Shown here piece after piece: positions 19,656-29,006 of a DNA stretch of 64,000 nucleotides. The stretch is from Terracidiphilus sp. Its GTDB lineage: Bacteria; Acidobacteriota; Terriglobia; Terriglobales; Acidobacteriaceae. The stretch covers positions 73,610-137,609 of the forward strand of contig JBEKJR010000008.1 of NCBI GenBank assembly GCA_050011175.1. The letters are read 5' to 3'. The position numbers and the translations under genes were made by a program. Each line of letters begins with the position of its first letter. Position 1 is the stretch's first letter. The notes under the pieces were generated by a model. It worked only from the letters and a program-made list of their open reading frames with translations, was not told the DNA's origin and made no database searches.

Positions 19656-19958
19656 CTACTCTTTGAAAGCCGCCTCGAAGTCTTGTCCGCCATAGAAAAT
19701 GCCGAGGATGGTCACCACATCGGCAGTGACCTCGAAAGCGATGCTGACGCGCCTCCGGAATCCGAAGACACGCAAGCCGGAGCGGATGTCGTTTCGCAGT
19801 GCGCCGCGCATGGGGAAGGTCTTCAGGCTTTCGCATTGCTTCACGATAGCGTCGGTGTAGCGGGCGGCAATTTCCGGAGAGGCTGCCGCGGCAATATGGA
19901 AATAGATAGCCACCAGTTGGGCCTCAGCTTCCGGGGCATAGACGACGCTGTGCATCAT
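19656..19958 (-). CDS. RelE/ParE-family toxin
   Basis: VVYAPEAEAQL...FPMRGALRNDIRSGLR; overlaps the antitoxin stop. Confidence 0.88.
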   Translation of the reverse strand: MMHSVVYAPEAEAQLVAIYFHIAAAASPEIAARYTDAIVKQCESLKTFPMRGALRNDIRSGLRVFGFRRRVSIAFEVTADVVTILGIFYGGQDFEAAFKE

Positions 19959-20233
19959 CCAGCCCTGAGTGCGGATTTGCGGGCCGCCGCCAGAGAGGCG
20001 CGCACCTGGGCTGCCGAACGAGCGCGGGAGGGATTGGCTTTCATGGCGTCGTAGGCCGCGGCTACGTCTTTGCGCAGCCAGGCTTCGAGCGCGCGGTCGT
20101 GCATCTCCAGAGCACGAAGTCCATCGCGGATGACCTCGCTCTCCGAGGCATATTCGCCGGATTCGACTTTGATGCGGACCATATCGGCCATCTCATGGGT
20201 CAGGGTGATGCTGAATTGCTGAGTAGAGCGCAT
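19955..20233 (-). CDS. ParD-like RHH antitoxin
   Basis: FSITL...VESGEYASESEVIRDGLR. Confidence 0.88.
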   Translation of the reverse strand: MRSTQQFSITLTHEMADMVRIKVESGEYASESEVIRDGLRALEMHDRALEAWLRKDVAAAYDAMKANPSRARSAAQVRASLAAARKSALRAG

Positions 20234-20251
20234 GGATTCGCCTCCCTTCCG

Positions 20252-20268
20252 GTAGGATTTAATCCTAC
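20252..20268. promoter_or_regulatory. Probable TA operator palindrome
   Basis: GTAGGATT-T-AATCCTAC just upstream of the antitoxin. Confidence 0.6.
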
Positions 20269-20303
20269 TCTATTCTGCGACCATACTGCAAATCCGCAAA
20301 CTC

Positions 20304-22139
20304 CTACGCTAGCTCCACCTCAATCTTCTTTGCTTCCGCGTCGATCTTGGTGATTTTGAAGGTGCGGATTTGGCCTTCGGCAAGCGAATCGGACTTGGAT
20401 TGGGGCGCGGGGGAGTAGCCCTTCCAGCGGCTCTTTAACTGCGAGGAGAGCGCGGAGAGATCGACCACTTGCGGTGGGGCAGACGCCGCTTGCGCGGCAG
20501 TAGCACTTGATGAGGCCGATGTTCCTGCCGTCGCCGAAGGCATTCCGCCCGTACGGCAAGTACCTCGGATGCCGTCGCCCAGTTCGACCTGAGCAGATGA
20601 CTCCGTCACTTCGACGACGCGGCCGGAAACGGTGTCGCCGACCTTGTGCTCGGCGATGTACTCGTCGATGTCGCCGGGGACAAGCTGCTTCATGCTGAGC
20701 TTGATCTGGCGCTTTTCCGGATCGATGGCGAGGATTTGCGCTTTGACGATCTGGCCCTTGCGCAACATTTCCGAGGGGTGGTTGAGGCGGCGCTCGGCGG
20801 TGATCTCGCTGACGTGGACCAGGCCTTCTACGCCGTCGGTCAACTGCACGAAGGCTCCGAAGTTCATCAGCTTGGTGACGGGGCCGGTGATCATGGAGCC
20901 GATGGGGAAGGTACGCTCGACGTTGGTCCAGGGGTCGGCGAGGGTTTGCTTGAGACCGAGGGAGATGCGGCGCTCCTCCGGCTTGATGGCGAGGATGACG
21001 ACATCGACGCGGTCGCCTTGGCGGAGCAGGTCGGAGGGGTGGCGCAGCTTTTTGCCGTAGGACATCTCGGAGATGTGGATGAGGCCTTCGATGCCGGGCT
21101 CGATCTCGACGAAGGCGCCGAAGTCGGCCAGGCGGGTGACCGTGCCGGTGATGCGCTGGTTGACGGCGAGGCGGTCGGGAGCGGTCAGCCAGGGTTCGGG
21201 CTGAAGCTGCTTGAGGCCGAGGGAAATTTTCTGCGTTCCGGGATCGATTTTGAGGATTTTGAGTTGAAGTTCCTGGCCGAGGGCGAGGACGTCTTCAGGG
21301 CGGGCGATGCGGGCGTGGGAGATGTCAGAGACGTGCAGCAGGCCGTCGAGTCCGCCGAGGTCGATGAAGGCTCCGTAGGGCATGAGGGTGCGGACGGTGC
21401 CGGTGACGATGGCGCCCTCTTTCAACTCCTCGCGGCGGGCCTCGCTGAGGCCGCGGGCCTGCTCTTCGAGAACGACGCGGCGGTCGACGACCACGTCTTC
21501 ATCGGTGACGTCGAGCTTGGTGATACGGCAGGTGATTTCCGTGCCGACCAGCTTTTCCAGCTCGGCTGCGTCCTTGGTTCCGCTGCGGCTGGCGGGCATG
21601 AAGGCGCGCACGCCGACATCGACCGTGACGCCGCCCTTGCGGACTTCGGTGACGGTGCCGACGATGGCCAGCTTCTGTTGGAAGGCGGCTTCGAGGGCCG
21701 ACCAGTCGCGGGGCTGGGACACTTTGAAGCGCGAGAGCTCGTAGTAGCGCTCGACGTTGCGGCCAGTGACGGAGACGGGGAAGGTGTCGCCGGGGTGGAC
21801 GCCCTCGGCGTTGTTGGCGAAGGCCGAACGGGGCAGAACGCCCTCGGTTTTATAGCCGATGTCGAGGAAGACCTGGTCGGCGGAGAGGGAGATGACCGTG
21901 CCTATGAGCTGCTGCTGACCGGGCTCGGATTTGTGCGAGTGGCTGCGCTCGAAGTCGTTGAGCAGGTCGGCAAAGGATTCCTGCGGCTCGTCGGCGGAGG
22001 GTTCCTCGGCGATGGGTTCGGAGGGCAGAGAAGCGGACTCAGGAGCTGCCTCGGCGGCCTGCTCCGCAATGGATTCGGCGGCAGGCTCAGGCGTGATTTC
22101 GGGGGCGGGCTGGGACTCTTCGGGATTTTCGCTGGTCAT
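20304..22139 (-). CDS. rpsA: Ribosomal protein S1-like protein (six S1 repeats)
   Basis: Repeated GxV...YGAFIDLGGLDGLLHVSDIS and FGAFVEIEPGIEGLIHISEMS; start at 22139 or 22157; may be a paralog. Confidence 0.8.
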   Translation of the reverse strand: MTSENPEESQPAPEITPEPAAESIAEQAAEAAPESASLPSEPIAEEPSADEPQESFADLLNDFERSHSHKSEPGQQQLIGTVISLSADQVFLDIGYKTEGVLPRSAFANNAEGVHPGDTFPVSVTGRNVERYYELSRFKVSQPRDWSALEAAFQQKLAIVGTVTEVRKGGVTVDVGVRAFMPASRSGTKDAAELEKLVGTEITCRITKLDVTDEDVVVDRRVVLEEQARGLSEARREELKEGAIVTGTVRTLMPYGAFIDLGGLDGLLHVSDISHARIARPEDVLALGQELQLKILKIDPGTQKISLGLKQLQPEPWLTAPDRLAVNQRITGTVTRLADFGAFVEIEPGIEGLIHISEMSYGKKLRHPSDLLRQGDRVDVVILAIKPEERRISLGLKQTLADPWTNVERTFPIGSMITGPVTKLMNFGAFVQLTDGVEGLVHVSEITAERRLNHPSEMLRKGQIVKAQILAIDPEKRQIKLSMKQLVPGDIDEYIAEHKVGDTVSGRVVEVTESSAQVELGDGIRGTCRTGGMPSATAGTSASSSATAAQAASAPPQVVDLSALSSQLKSRWKGYSPAPQSKSDSLAEGQIRTFKITKIDAEAKKIEVELA

Positions 22140-22214
22140 GACGGTGTATATCTTCATTCTCCCATGATTGCGCGGGAGATGTACGCGGTCCGTAATTGGA
22201 TACACTGAATATGT

Positions 22215-25184
22215 ATGGAAAATCGCCCAAAAAACGTTATGACGGGGAACGAGATTCGCGAAGCGTTTCTGCGCTTTTTTGAGTCGAAGGGGCATCGGCG
22301 GGTGCATTCTTCTTCGCTGGTGCCGGCCAACGACCCGACGCTGCTGTTTACCAACGCGGGGATGAACCAGTTCAAGGACCTGTTTCTGGGAGCCGAGCGG
22401 CGGGAGTACACGCGGGCTACAACCTCGCAAAAGTGCGTGCGCGCCGGGGGCAAGCACAACGACCTGGAGAACGTGGGCTTCACGCGGCGGCATCATACGT
22501 TTTTTGAGATGCTGGGGAACTTCTCGTTCGGCGATTATTTCAAGCGGGAAGCGATCCACTACGCCTGGGAGCTGGTTACCGGCAAGAGGGCGAATGGCTG
22601 CTTCGAGATTCCGGTGGAGCGGCTGTACGTGACGATTTTTGAGGGAGCGGAGGGCGTTCCGCGCGATGACGAGGCGGAAAAGTTTTGGATCGAGGCGGGA
22701 GTGCCGAAGAATCGCATTCACGCATGCGGGATGAAGGACAACTTCTGGCAGATGGGCGAGACGGGGCCATGCGGACCTTGCTCGGAGATTTTCTACGACA
22801 TGGGGCTGGAGGCGGCGGAGACGCAGGGAGTGGATAAACCCTTTGGGCAGGATGAGGCGCGCTACGTGGAGATTTGGAACCTGGTCTTCATGCAGTTTGA
22901 TCGGGCGGCGGTGGCGGACGCGAAGGGAAAGACGACCGGGTACAAGCTGACTCCGCTGCCCAAGCCGTGCGTTGATACGGGCGCGGGGCTGGAGCGGCTG
23001 GCGGCGGTGCTGCAAGGGAAGGTTTCGAACTTCGAGACGGATTTGTTTGTGCCGTTGATTGAGAGAGCGGCGGAGCTGACGGGGCAGCGAGTTAGCGAGT
23101 CAGCAAGTCAGCAAGTTAGCAAGTTAGCGGGATTGGTGGGCAACGCCAGCTTGCGGATTATTGCCGACCATGCGCGGGCAGCGACGTTCCTGATTAACGA
23201 TGGCGTGCTGCCGTCGAATGAGGGGCGGGGCTATGTGCTCAGAAAGATTTTGCGGCGCGGGATTCGGCATGGGCGGCTGCTGGGGCAGGAAAAACCGTTC
23301 TTGTTTGAGATGGTTTATGCCGTGCGTGATTTGATGCAGGGCGCGTATCCGGAGTTGGTAGATACAGCAACTCGTGTGGCTAATACCATTGCTGCAGAGG
23401 AGCGTCAATTCTCTAGGATGATCAGCATTGGCTCGGTTCAATTGGAGCGAGCCCTTGAGCAGGCAAATGCACCATTCATCCAGACTTTATATGGTCTCTT
23501 AGAGCGTGCGTATCAGAAGCCACGTCCTGATCTAAGCGAGCCAGATTTAGCTATGGCAGTTCGCGAACTAATTCTCAAAAGGGACGCTAGTTTTCTTCTG
23601 CGACTACTTGATCGAATTCGAGAGACAGGAATCGAAATCGCTCAATTGAAGGAAGAAATTGCAAACTTTCAGACGCCCCCAATACTAAAAGGGACAGATG
23701 CTTTTCACCTATATGAGACATACGGCTTACCTAAGGATTTCATACAAGATACTTGCCATGACTTATTAATAGTTTTTGATGATGAGGGCTTTGAAGCTGC
23801 CCGCGCCGAGGAGCAGGCACGTGCCCGCGCATCGTGGAAAGGTGGGAGCCAGAAGTCGGCCAGTCCGGCTTATCGCGATTTGCAGAAGACGGAGTTTCTG
23901 GGTTATAAGACGCTCACTGCGAATGACGCTGAGGTTTTAGCGATTGTGAAAGACGGCGCGGGAGTTCCAGCGGCAAAAGCCGGCGATGTGGTAGAAGTGG
24001 TGCTGAATCAGACCAGCTTTTACGGCGACGCGGGCGGGCAGGCGGGCGATACAGGCTGGTTTACCTCGACGGACGGGAATACGACCGTGGCCGAGATTCA
24101 GGGCTGTGTGCTGCCGGTGCAGGGAGTGAGGGCGCACAAGGCTCTGCTCAAGGAGCCGCTGGCGGTCGGCGATCATGTGCGGACTGTCGTCGATCATGAG
24201 CGACGCGACGCGATCCGGCGGAATCATACGGGGACGCACTTGCTGCACGCGGCGCTGAGGCAGGTGTTAGGGACACATGTGAAGCAGGCTGGGTCGGCAG
24301 TCCATCCGGAGCGGTTTCGCTTTGACTTCTCGCATTTTGCGCCGGTGGCCGATGAGGAGTTGGCCGAGATTGAGACGATTGTGAACCGGCAGGTGCTGGC
24401 CGACACCAAGGTTGAAGCCATTGAGGACGTGCCCATCGACGTGGCGGTGAACGAGTACCACGCCATGGCGCTGTTCGGCGAGAAGTACGGCGACAAGGTG
24501 CGGGTGATCCGGGTGGGCGACTTTTCGACGGAGCTGTGCGGCGGGACGCATACGCGGGCCACGGGCGAGATTGGCCTGGTGAAGATTATGAGAGAGGAGT
24601 CGGTTTCGTCGGGAGTCAGAAGGCTGGAGGCGATCTCGGGCCTGGGCGCGCTGGAGGAGTTTCGGCGAGGCTTTGAGGTAGCGCAGATTGCGGCGCAGTT
24701 GGTTCCCTCGGTAGAGAACCTTCCGGAGGCCTTCCGCGGAAAGCTGGCCGCGCAGGAGGACGAACTGAAACGGCTACATCGAGAGTTGGACGAGGCGCGG
24801 ATGAAGGGGGCTGCCGGGGCGTTGGATGAGGCGATGGGGCGGACGGTGGAAGTGAAGGGCGTGCGGCTGGTGACGCTGCGGGCCGATGCGCTGGAACGCG
24901 GGCAGTTGCGGACGCTTGTCGATAATTTGAAGCAGAAGCTGGGCGAAGGCGTAGTGGTGGTGGCTTCCGCGCAACCCGATGAAAAAGTGGCGCTGATCGC
25001 CGGGGTGACGGCGGGGCTGACCAAGCGGATTCAGGCGGGCAAGCTGGTGGGTGCGGTGGCGAAACTTGTCGGCGGATCGGGCGGCGGCAAGCCGGAGATT
25101 GCCGAGGCGGGCGGGAAAGACCAGTCGCAGATTGATGCGGCGCTCAAGGCCGCGGCGGGGATTGTCGGGGAGTTGCTAGCATAA
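22215..25184 (+). CDS. alaS: Alanine--tRNA ligase with two insertions
   Basis: NDPTLLFTNAGMNQFK, HHTFFEMLGNFSFG, HTGTHLLH and ELCGGTH motifs, DHHA1 C-terminus. Confidence 0.98.
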   Translation: MENRPKNVMTGNEIREAFLRFFESKGHRRVHSSSLVPANDPTLLFTNAGMNQFKDLFLGAERREYTRATTSQKCVRAGGKHNDLENVGFTRRHHTFFEMLGNFSFGDYFKREAIHYAWELVTGKRANGCFEIPVERLYVTIFEGAEGVPRDDEAEKFWIEAGVPKNRIHACGMKDNFWQMGETGPCGPCSEIFYDMGLEAAETQGVDKPFGQDEARYVEIWNLVFMQFDRAAVADAKGKTTGYKLTPLPKPCVDTGAGLERLAAVLQGKVSNFETDLFVPLIERAAELTGQRVSESASQQVSKLAGLVGNASLRIIADHARAATFLINDGVLPSNEGRGYVLRKILRRGIRHGRLLGQEKPFLFEMVYAVRDLMQGAYPELVDTATRVANTIAAEERQFSRMISIGSVQLERALEQANAPFIQTLYGLLERAYQKPRPDLSEPDLAMAVRELILKRDASFLLRLLDRIRETGIEIAQLKEEIANFQTPPILKGTDAFHLYETYGLPKDFIQDTCHDLLIVFDDEGFEAARAEEQARARASWKGGSQKSASPAYRDLQKTEFLGYKTLTANDAEVLAIVKDGAGVPAAKAGDVVEVVLNQTSFYGDAGGQAGDTGWFTSTDGNTTVAEIQGCVLPVQGVRAHKALLKEPLAVGDHVRTVVDHERRDAIRRNHTGTHLLHAALRQVLGTHVKQAGSAVHPERFRFDFSHFAPVADEELAEIETIVNRQVLADTKVEAIEDVPIDVAVNEYHAMALFGEKYGDKVRVIRVGDFSTELCGGTHTRATGEIGLVKIMREESVSSGVRRLEAISGLGALEEFRRGFEVAQIAAQLVPSVENLPEAFRGKLAAQEDELKRLHRELDEARMKGAAGALDEAMGRTVEVKGVRLVTLRADALERGQLRTLVDNLKQKLGEGVVVVASAQPDEKVALIAGVTAGLTKRIQAGKLVGAVAKLVGGSGGGKPEIAEAGGKDQSQIDAALKAAAGIVGELLA
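23084..23131 (+). repeat. Six degenerate 8-bp tandem units in frame in alaS
   Basis: gcagcgag ttagcgag tcagcaag tcagcaag ttagcaag ttagcggg (48 bp). Confidence 0.85.
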
Positions 25185-25222
25185 GCACCTGCGGCGCGGG
25201 GACTTGCCGTCCAGGCAGACGG

Positions 25223-25315
25223 CGCTTGCGCGCCATAAATCGCTTGCGCGCCATAAATATTGTGGTTTCCCACCCATTCCGCAAAGTACGCAGAATGGAT
25301 GGGGCACGGAGCTTT
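25223..25315. repeat. 18-bp tandem duplication followed by a family A hairpin
   Basis: cgcttgcgcgccataaat twice, then tgtggtttcccacccattc...gaatggatggggcacggagc. Confidence 0.75.
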
Positions 25316-25339
25316 CTGTCTCGGAAGTGCGGGTAGCGC

Positions 25340-26110
25340 CTACTTATTGTCGTTGCCGATGAGGCGGAAGGTGATGGTGCCCCAGAAGAGGCGGGCGCGC
25401 ATCTGGACGGGCAGATGGCGCTCGTCGTCGGTGTACCAGATCCAAATGTTGCCGCGATTCTTGACCACGCCGGCATCGGCGGTGGGCTGCACGCGCAGGG
25501 TTTTGAAAACGCCGAGCGGGGTTTTAATCTCCTCGCGGCCTTCGATCTTCATGGTCACGGGCACGACGCGCATGTTGTCAAAGACCGGGATGACGAAGTT
25601 GTGTCCCAGGGCGATGGGCTGCGACGAAGCATAGTAGACGCCGGTGAGCAGGTCGGTGAGACAGGCGGGCGCAGTGGATTCGACGTGCTTGGTTTGCTTG
25701 TTGCCCAGGTTTTTCTCGTCCAGGATGGCGCGGTTTTGGGCGTAGTCGAGATGGAGCGTCGAGGTGATCTGGCGGCGGCCCTCGACGGTCTGCTTGTTGA
25801 AGTCGTAGGTGCAGCCGGTGGCGCGGTCGAAGCTGGACTGGAAGCGGTCGCTGACGTGGAAGATCAGGTTGATGGCGCCGCTGGTGTCGGCGCTGGCGGT
25901 GAGGTTCTCGCGGTCGCCGGCGGCCTCAAAGCGCAGCACGGCCGTTCCGGCGGGAAAGACCCGCCAGTCCACCGAGTAGGTGAGGGTTTGCTTGAGCGGA
26001 AAGCTATAGCCGGGGCGCGGGGGCAAGAGCGGGGGTGGCTGCTGGGCGGGAATCGCGGCGGCTAGAGCAAGTGCGCAAAGAACTGCGGTCAGGGTTAAGC
26101 GCGTTTTCAC
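25340..26110 (-). CDS. DUF3108-like secreted protein
   Basis: Signal peptide; GREEIKTPLGVFKTLRV and IWYTDDERHLPVQMR motifs. Confidence 0.8.
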   Translation of the reverse strand: MKTRLTLTAVLCALALAAAIPAQQPPPLLPPRPGYSFPLKQTLTYSVDWRVFPAGTAVLRFEAAGDRENLTASADTSGAINLIFHVSDRFQSSFDRATGCTYDFNKQTVEGRRQITSTLHLDYAQNRAILDEKNLGNKQTKHVESTAPACLTDLLTGVYYASSQPIALGHNFVIPVFDNMRVVPVTMKIEGREEIKTPLGVFKTLRVQPTADAGVVKNRGNIWIWYTDDERHLPVQMRARLFWGTITFRLIGNDNK

Positions 26111-26162
26111 CGGCGAGATGGCTCCTTGCTGAATTTACGGACTGCTCGAGCACTGTAACCGC

Positions 26163-26786
26163 TCATCGCGGCAGATTCACAAATGCGGCCACGAGCGGCC
26201 GCAGAAGGAGCAGGCTGAGGTAAAGCAACAGAGCCCCTATGCCTGCATTGTACTCGCGATGCTGGAGATAGAGCGACAGGGAGAAATGCCCCTTGTCGGG
26301 TTGACCGCCGGAGAGACGAGCCGGAGATAGCCTTGGAATCAGGCGCGGCACCTGTTGGCAATAGTCGTCGAAAGCGGGGAAAGCAGCGCGCAGAAAGCTC
26401 TCCTCGGAGGCTATGACGGGCACATAAATGGCCGCAAAACCAAGGGCGAGCACCAGCGCCACAAGCCAACTGAGCAACGCCAGGGCAAAACCGGCGGCGA
26501 TCAGCATGGAGCCCAGATAGAGCGGGTTACGGGTGTGGGCGTAAGGGCCGGTCACGGTGAGTTCGCGATTCTTTTTCACGACGCTGGCGGCGTAGGCTCG
26601 CAAAGCAAGGCCGGGCAGCACCAGCGCCAGGCTCCAGGCCACGGCAGCCAGCCGGGGCGCATGGCGGAGAAGCTCAAAAAGATAAAGCGCCGCAGTGAGA
26701 AAGCCCAACGGGACGCGGATGCGCCGGGCTACCTTCTGCCAGCGGGCGATCCAGTCGGGTTGCGATGCGGCGGTGGGCCTGGTCAT
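26163..26786 (-). CDS. ICMT/PEMT-family membrane methyltransferase
   Basis: LTVTGPYAHTRNPLYLGS and SEESFL motifs. Confidence 0.85.
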   Translation of the reverse strand: MTRPTAASQPDWIARWQKVARRIRVPLGFLTAALYLFELLRHAPRLAAVAWSLALVLPGLALRAYAASVVKKNRELTVTGPYAHTRNPLYLGSMLIAAGFALALLSWLVALVLALGFAAIYVPVIASEESFLRAAFPAFDDYCQQVPRLIPRLSPARLSGGQPDKGHFSLSLYLQHREYNAGIGALLLYLSLLLLRPLVAAFVNLPR

Positions 26787-27859
26787 GAGGCTGATTCAGG
26801 ATAAAGCAAGGCGTCGGCGGCGCGCAGGACGTCGGCGGGCTGGATGGTGAGCAAGCCGGACTCCGGCGCTGCGCGACGGGTGTGGTCGCGGCGGCTTTCC
26901 GGGCTGCGCAGGACGATAAAACGCATGCCGAAGGGGCCGTTGCGGCTGGGGTCGGTGGGTCCATAGATGCCCACCACCGGGCGGCCGAGCGCGCAGGCCA
27001 GGTGGAGCGGGCCGGTGTCTCCGGCAATGGCCAGAGCAATGCGGCGGGTGAGGGCGATGAGCTGGGGCAGCGTGCAGGCCAGCGGAATGGCCGCGCCGCC
27101 GGTGGCGCGAATAATGACTTCGGCGAGCAATTCTTCGCCGGGGCCAATGTTGATGAGCACGTGAAAACCGCGGGCAACCAGGTTTTGCGCCACGTCGGCG
27201 TAGCGCTCAATGGGCCAGCGCTTGGCGCCCCATCCGGCGCCGGGAGTGATGAGCACAACGGTCTTGTTGGTGATGGGAGGAAGGATTTCATCGGCCCAGG
27301 CCTCTGCGACGGGGTCCACGGGCAGCCAAGGCTCGACAGGCACGAGCGCATCGCCGGCGATGGATGAGACCATTTCCACGTCCTGCTCGATGACGTGAAC
27401 GCCATGGGTGACCACGCGCTCAGAAAAAAACCAGCGTGCGGCGCGTTCGCGAGGTTCGGCCTCGCCGATCAGGCGGCGGCAACCGGCGAGACGTGCGATC
27501 AGAGCCGAACGGATGGCTCCTTGCAGGTCGATCACGGTATCGTACTTTCCGGCCCGAAGCGCGGAGCGCAAAGCCATGAATTCATTGAGAGTCTGGCGGC
27601 TGAAGGGGGCTTTACGCCACTCTTTTGTGGCGGCAAAATGCAAGTGGTCGATCAGGGGCTGAGCGGAATTCTGAGAGGTTTGACGGCCGGTGCTGCCTTC
27701 AGCCGCCAGCAGCGCGCGCCAACGCGGCTCGACGACCCAGTCGATGACCCAATCGGGATGGGCCTGGCGCAGCGCCGTCACTGCCGGAAGGGCGTGCAGA
27801 ATGTCGCCCATGGCGCCGAGCCGGACCACCAGCAAGCGAAAGTTGGAGTATGTCCGCAA
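26783..27859 (-). CDS. GT9 LPS heptosyltransferase (WaaC-like)
   Basis: VRLGAMGDILH, DLQGAIRS, PGAGWGAKRWP and GDTGPLHLA motifs. Confidence 0.9.
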   Translation of the reverse strand: MRTYSNFRLLVVRLGAMGDILHALPAVTALRQAHPDWVIDWVVEPRWRALLAAEGSTGRQTSQNSAQPLIDHLHFAATKEWRKAPFSRQTLNEFMALRSALRAGKYDTVIDLQGAIRSALIARLAGCRRLIGEAEPRERAARWFFSERVVTHGVHVIEQDVEMVSSIAGDALVPVEPWLPVDPVAEAWADEILPPITNKTVVLITPGAGWGAKRWPIERYADVAQNLVARGFHVLINIGPGEELLAEVIIRATGGAAIPLACTLPQLIALTRRIALAIAGDTGPLHLACALGRPVVGIYGPTDPSRNGPFGMRFIVLRSPESRRDHTRRAAPESGLLTIQPADVLRAADALLYPESAS

Positions 27860-27893
27860 ACTCTGATTTTCTCACAGGGATGGATGGGGCGGA

Positions 27894-29006
27894 CTAGGAC
27901 GCAAGCCGGCTCACCAGCCAGTCGATGGCGGCCTGCTGGTCCTCGATCTCGATGCGCAGACGGGCAGTCTTGAGCGGCAGGGATGCGGGGAAAAAAGAAG
28001 CGAGCTTTCCCAGGCGGACCAAATCCTTTTCGGTGGTGATGATTGCGGTGGCTCCGGCGGCGCGAGCGGCGATTGTAATCCGATCGAGGTCGCGGGCGGT
28101 GTAGCGGTGATGGTCGGAAAAGACGGTTCGGGAGACGAGGCGCAGGCCAGCGGCTTCGAGGCCGGCGAAGAACTGCTCCGGACGGGCGATGCCGCAGAAG
28201 GCGGCTACGGGGCCGCTGACTGTGGGGATTTCCATGGAGCGGCGCAGGCGCCAGACGGGGCCTTGCCAGCCCCAGATTCGCAGTTCCGCCTCCAGCTCCG
28301 GCTCGTTGGCTGGAATGGCGATGACGCCGGCGCGACGAATGGCCGAAAGCGGTTCACGCAGATTGCCGGCTGGGAGTAGCCAGTCCTGCCAGCCGCGGCT
28401 GTCGAGGAGCAGAATGTCCACGTTGCGGGCGAGCTGGCGGTGCTGGAAGCCGTCGTCGAGGAGATGAACGATAGGCGGGTGGTTCTCATCATCAGCGGTA
28501 GTCGTTTGTCGTTTCCCACCCTTTCGCCAAAAAGCAAGAAGCAGGTCCTTCGACTCCCCCTCGCTGCACTCAGGGTCGCTCAGGATGACAGGGCACGGAG
28601 CATTTGCGCGAACATCAGCTTCGGCCAGCAGGCCGGCATCGTAGCGTTGGGGAGCCACATAGACGGGAAGGCCGGTTTCGCGGGCGATCAGGAGCGGCTC
28701 ATCGCCGAATTCTTCGACGGTCCCGTCCGGGTTAACGCGGCTGGCGAGTTTGCTCTTGCGGCCGTAACCGCGGCTGAGTACGTCCACGCGCAGGCCGCGT
28801 CCGGCGAGCGCCTTGGCCAGAACGATGGTCAGCGGCGTCTTGCCCGAGCCGCCAATTGAAAGGTTGCCGACGCTGACCACCGGAAAACGGAGACGGCGGA
28901 CTGGCTCAAGCCCGCAGCGGAGCCGGAGTTCGCGCAGGGTGAGCGCCAGCCGGTAGAGCGGGACCAGCGGAATCAGCAAGCGGCGAACTGAAAAGGACTG
29001 ATTCAT
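27894..29006 (-). CDS. lpxK: Tetraacyldisaccharide 4'-kinase with an in-frame repeat-derived insertion
   Basis: SVGNLSIGGSGKTP, LSRGYG, GDEP, DDGFQH and GNLREP motifs. Confidence 0.95.
   Translation of the reverse strand: MNQSFSVRRLLIPLVPLYRLALTLRELRLRCGLEPVRRLRFPVVSVGNLSIGGSGKTPLTIVLAKALAGRGLRVDVLSRGYGRKSKLASRVNPDGTVEEFGDEPLLIARETGLPVYVAPQRYDAGLLAEADVRANAPCPVILSDPECSEGESKDLLLAFWRKGGKRQTTTADDENHPPIVHLLDDGFQHRQLARNVDILLLDSRGWQDWLLPAGNLREPLSAIRRAGVIAIPANEPELEAELRIWGWQGPVWRLRRSMEIPTVSGPVAAFCGIARPEQFFAGLEAAGLRLVSRTVFSDHHRYTARDLDRITIAARAAGATAIITTEKDLVRLGKLASFFPASLPLKTARLRIEIEDQQAAIDWLVSRLAS
28510..28602. repeat. Nested family A::C repeat inside lpxK
   Basis: tttcccaccctttcgcc...[aagaagcaggtccttcgac...gctcaggatgaca]gggcacggagc. 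Confidence 0.8.

Noticed and set aside
22160-23015. Apparent 290-aa N-terminal extension of the S1 ORF
   Set aside because: It is the antisense shadow of alaS
23463-23678. Intein or intron in alaS
   Set aside because: No C/S/T start or H-N end, too short for a splicing domain, and the frame is continuous
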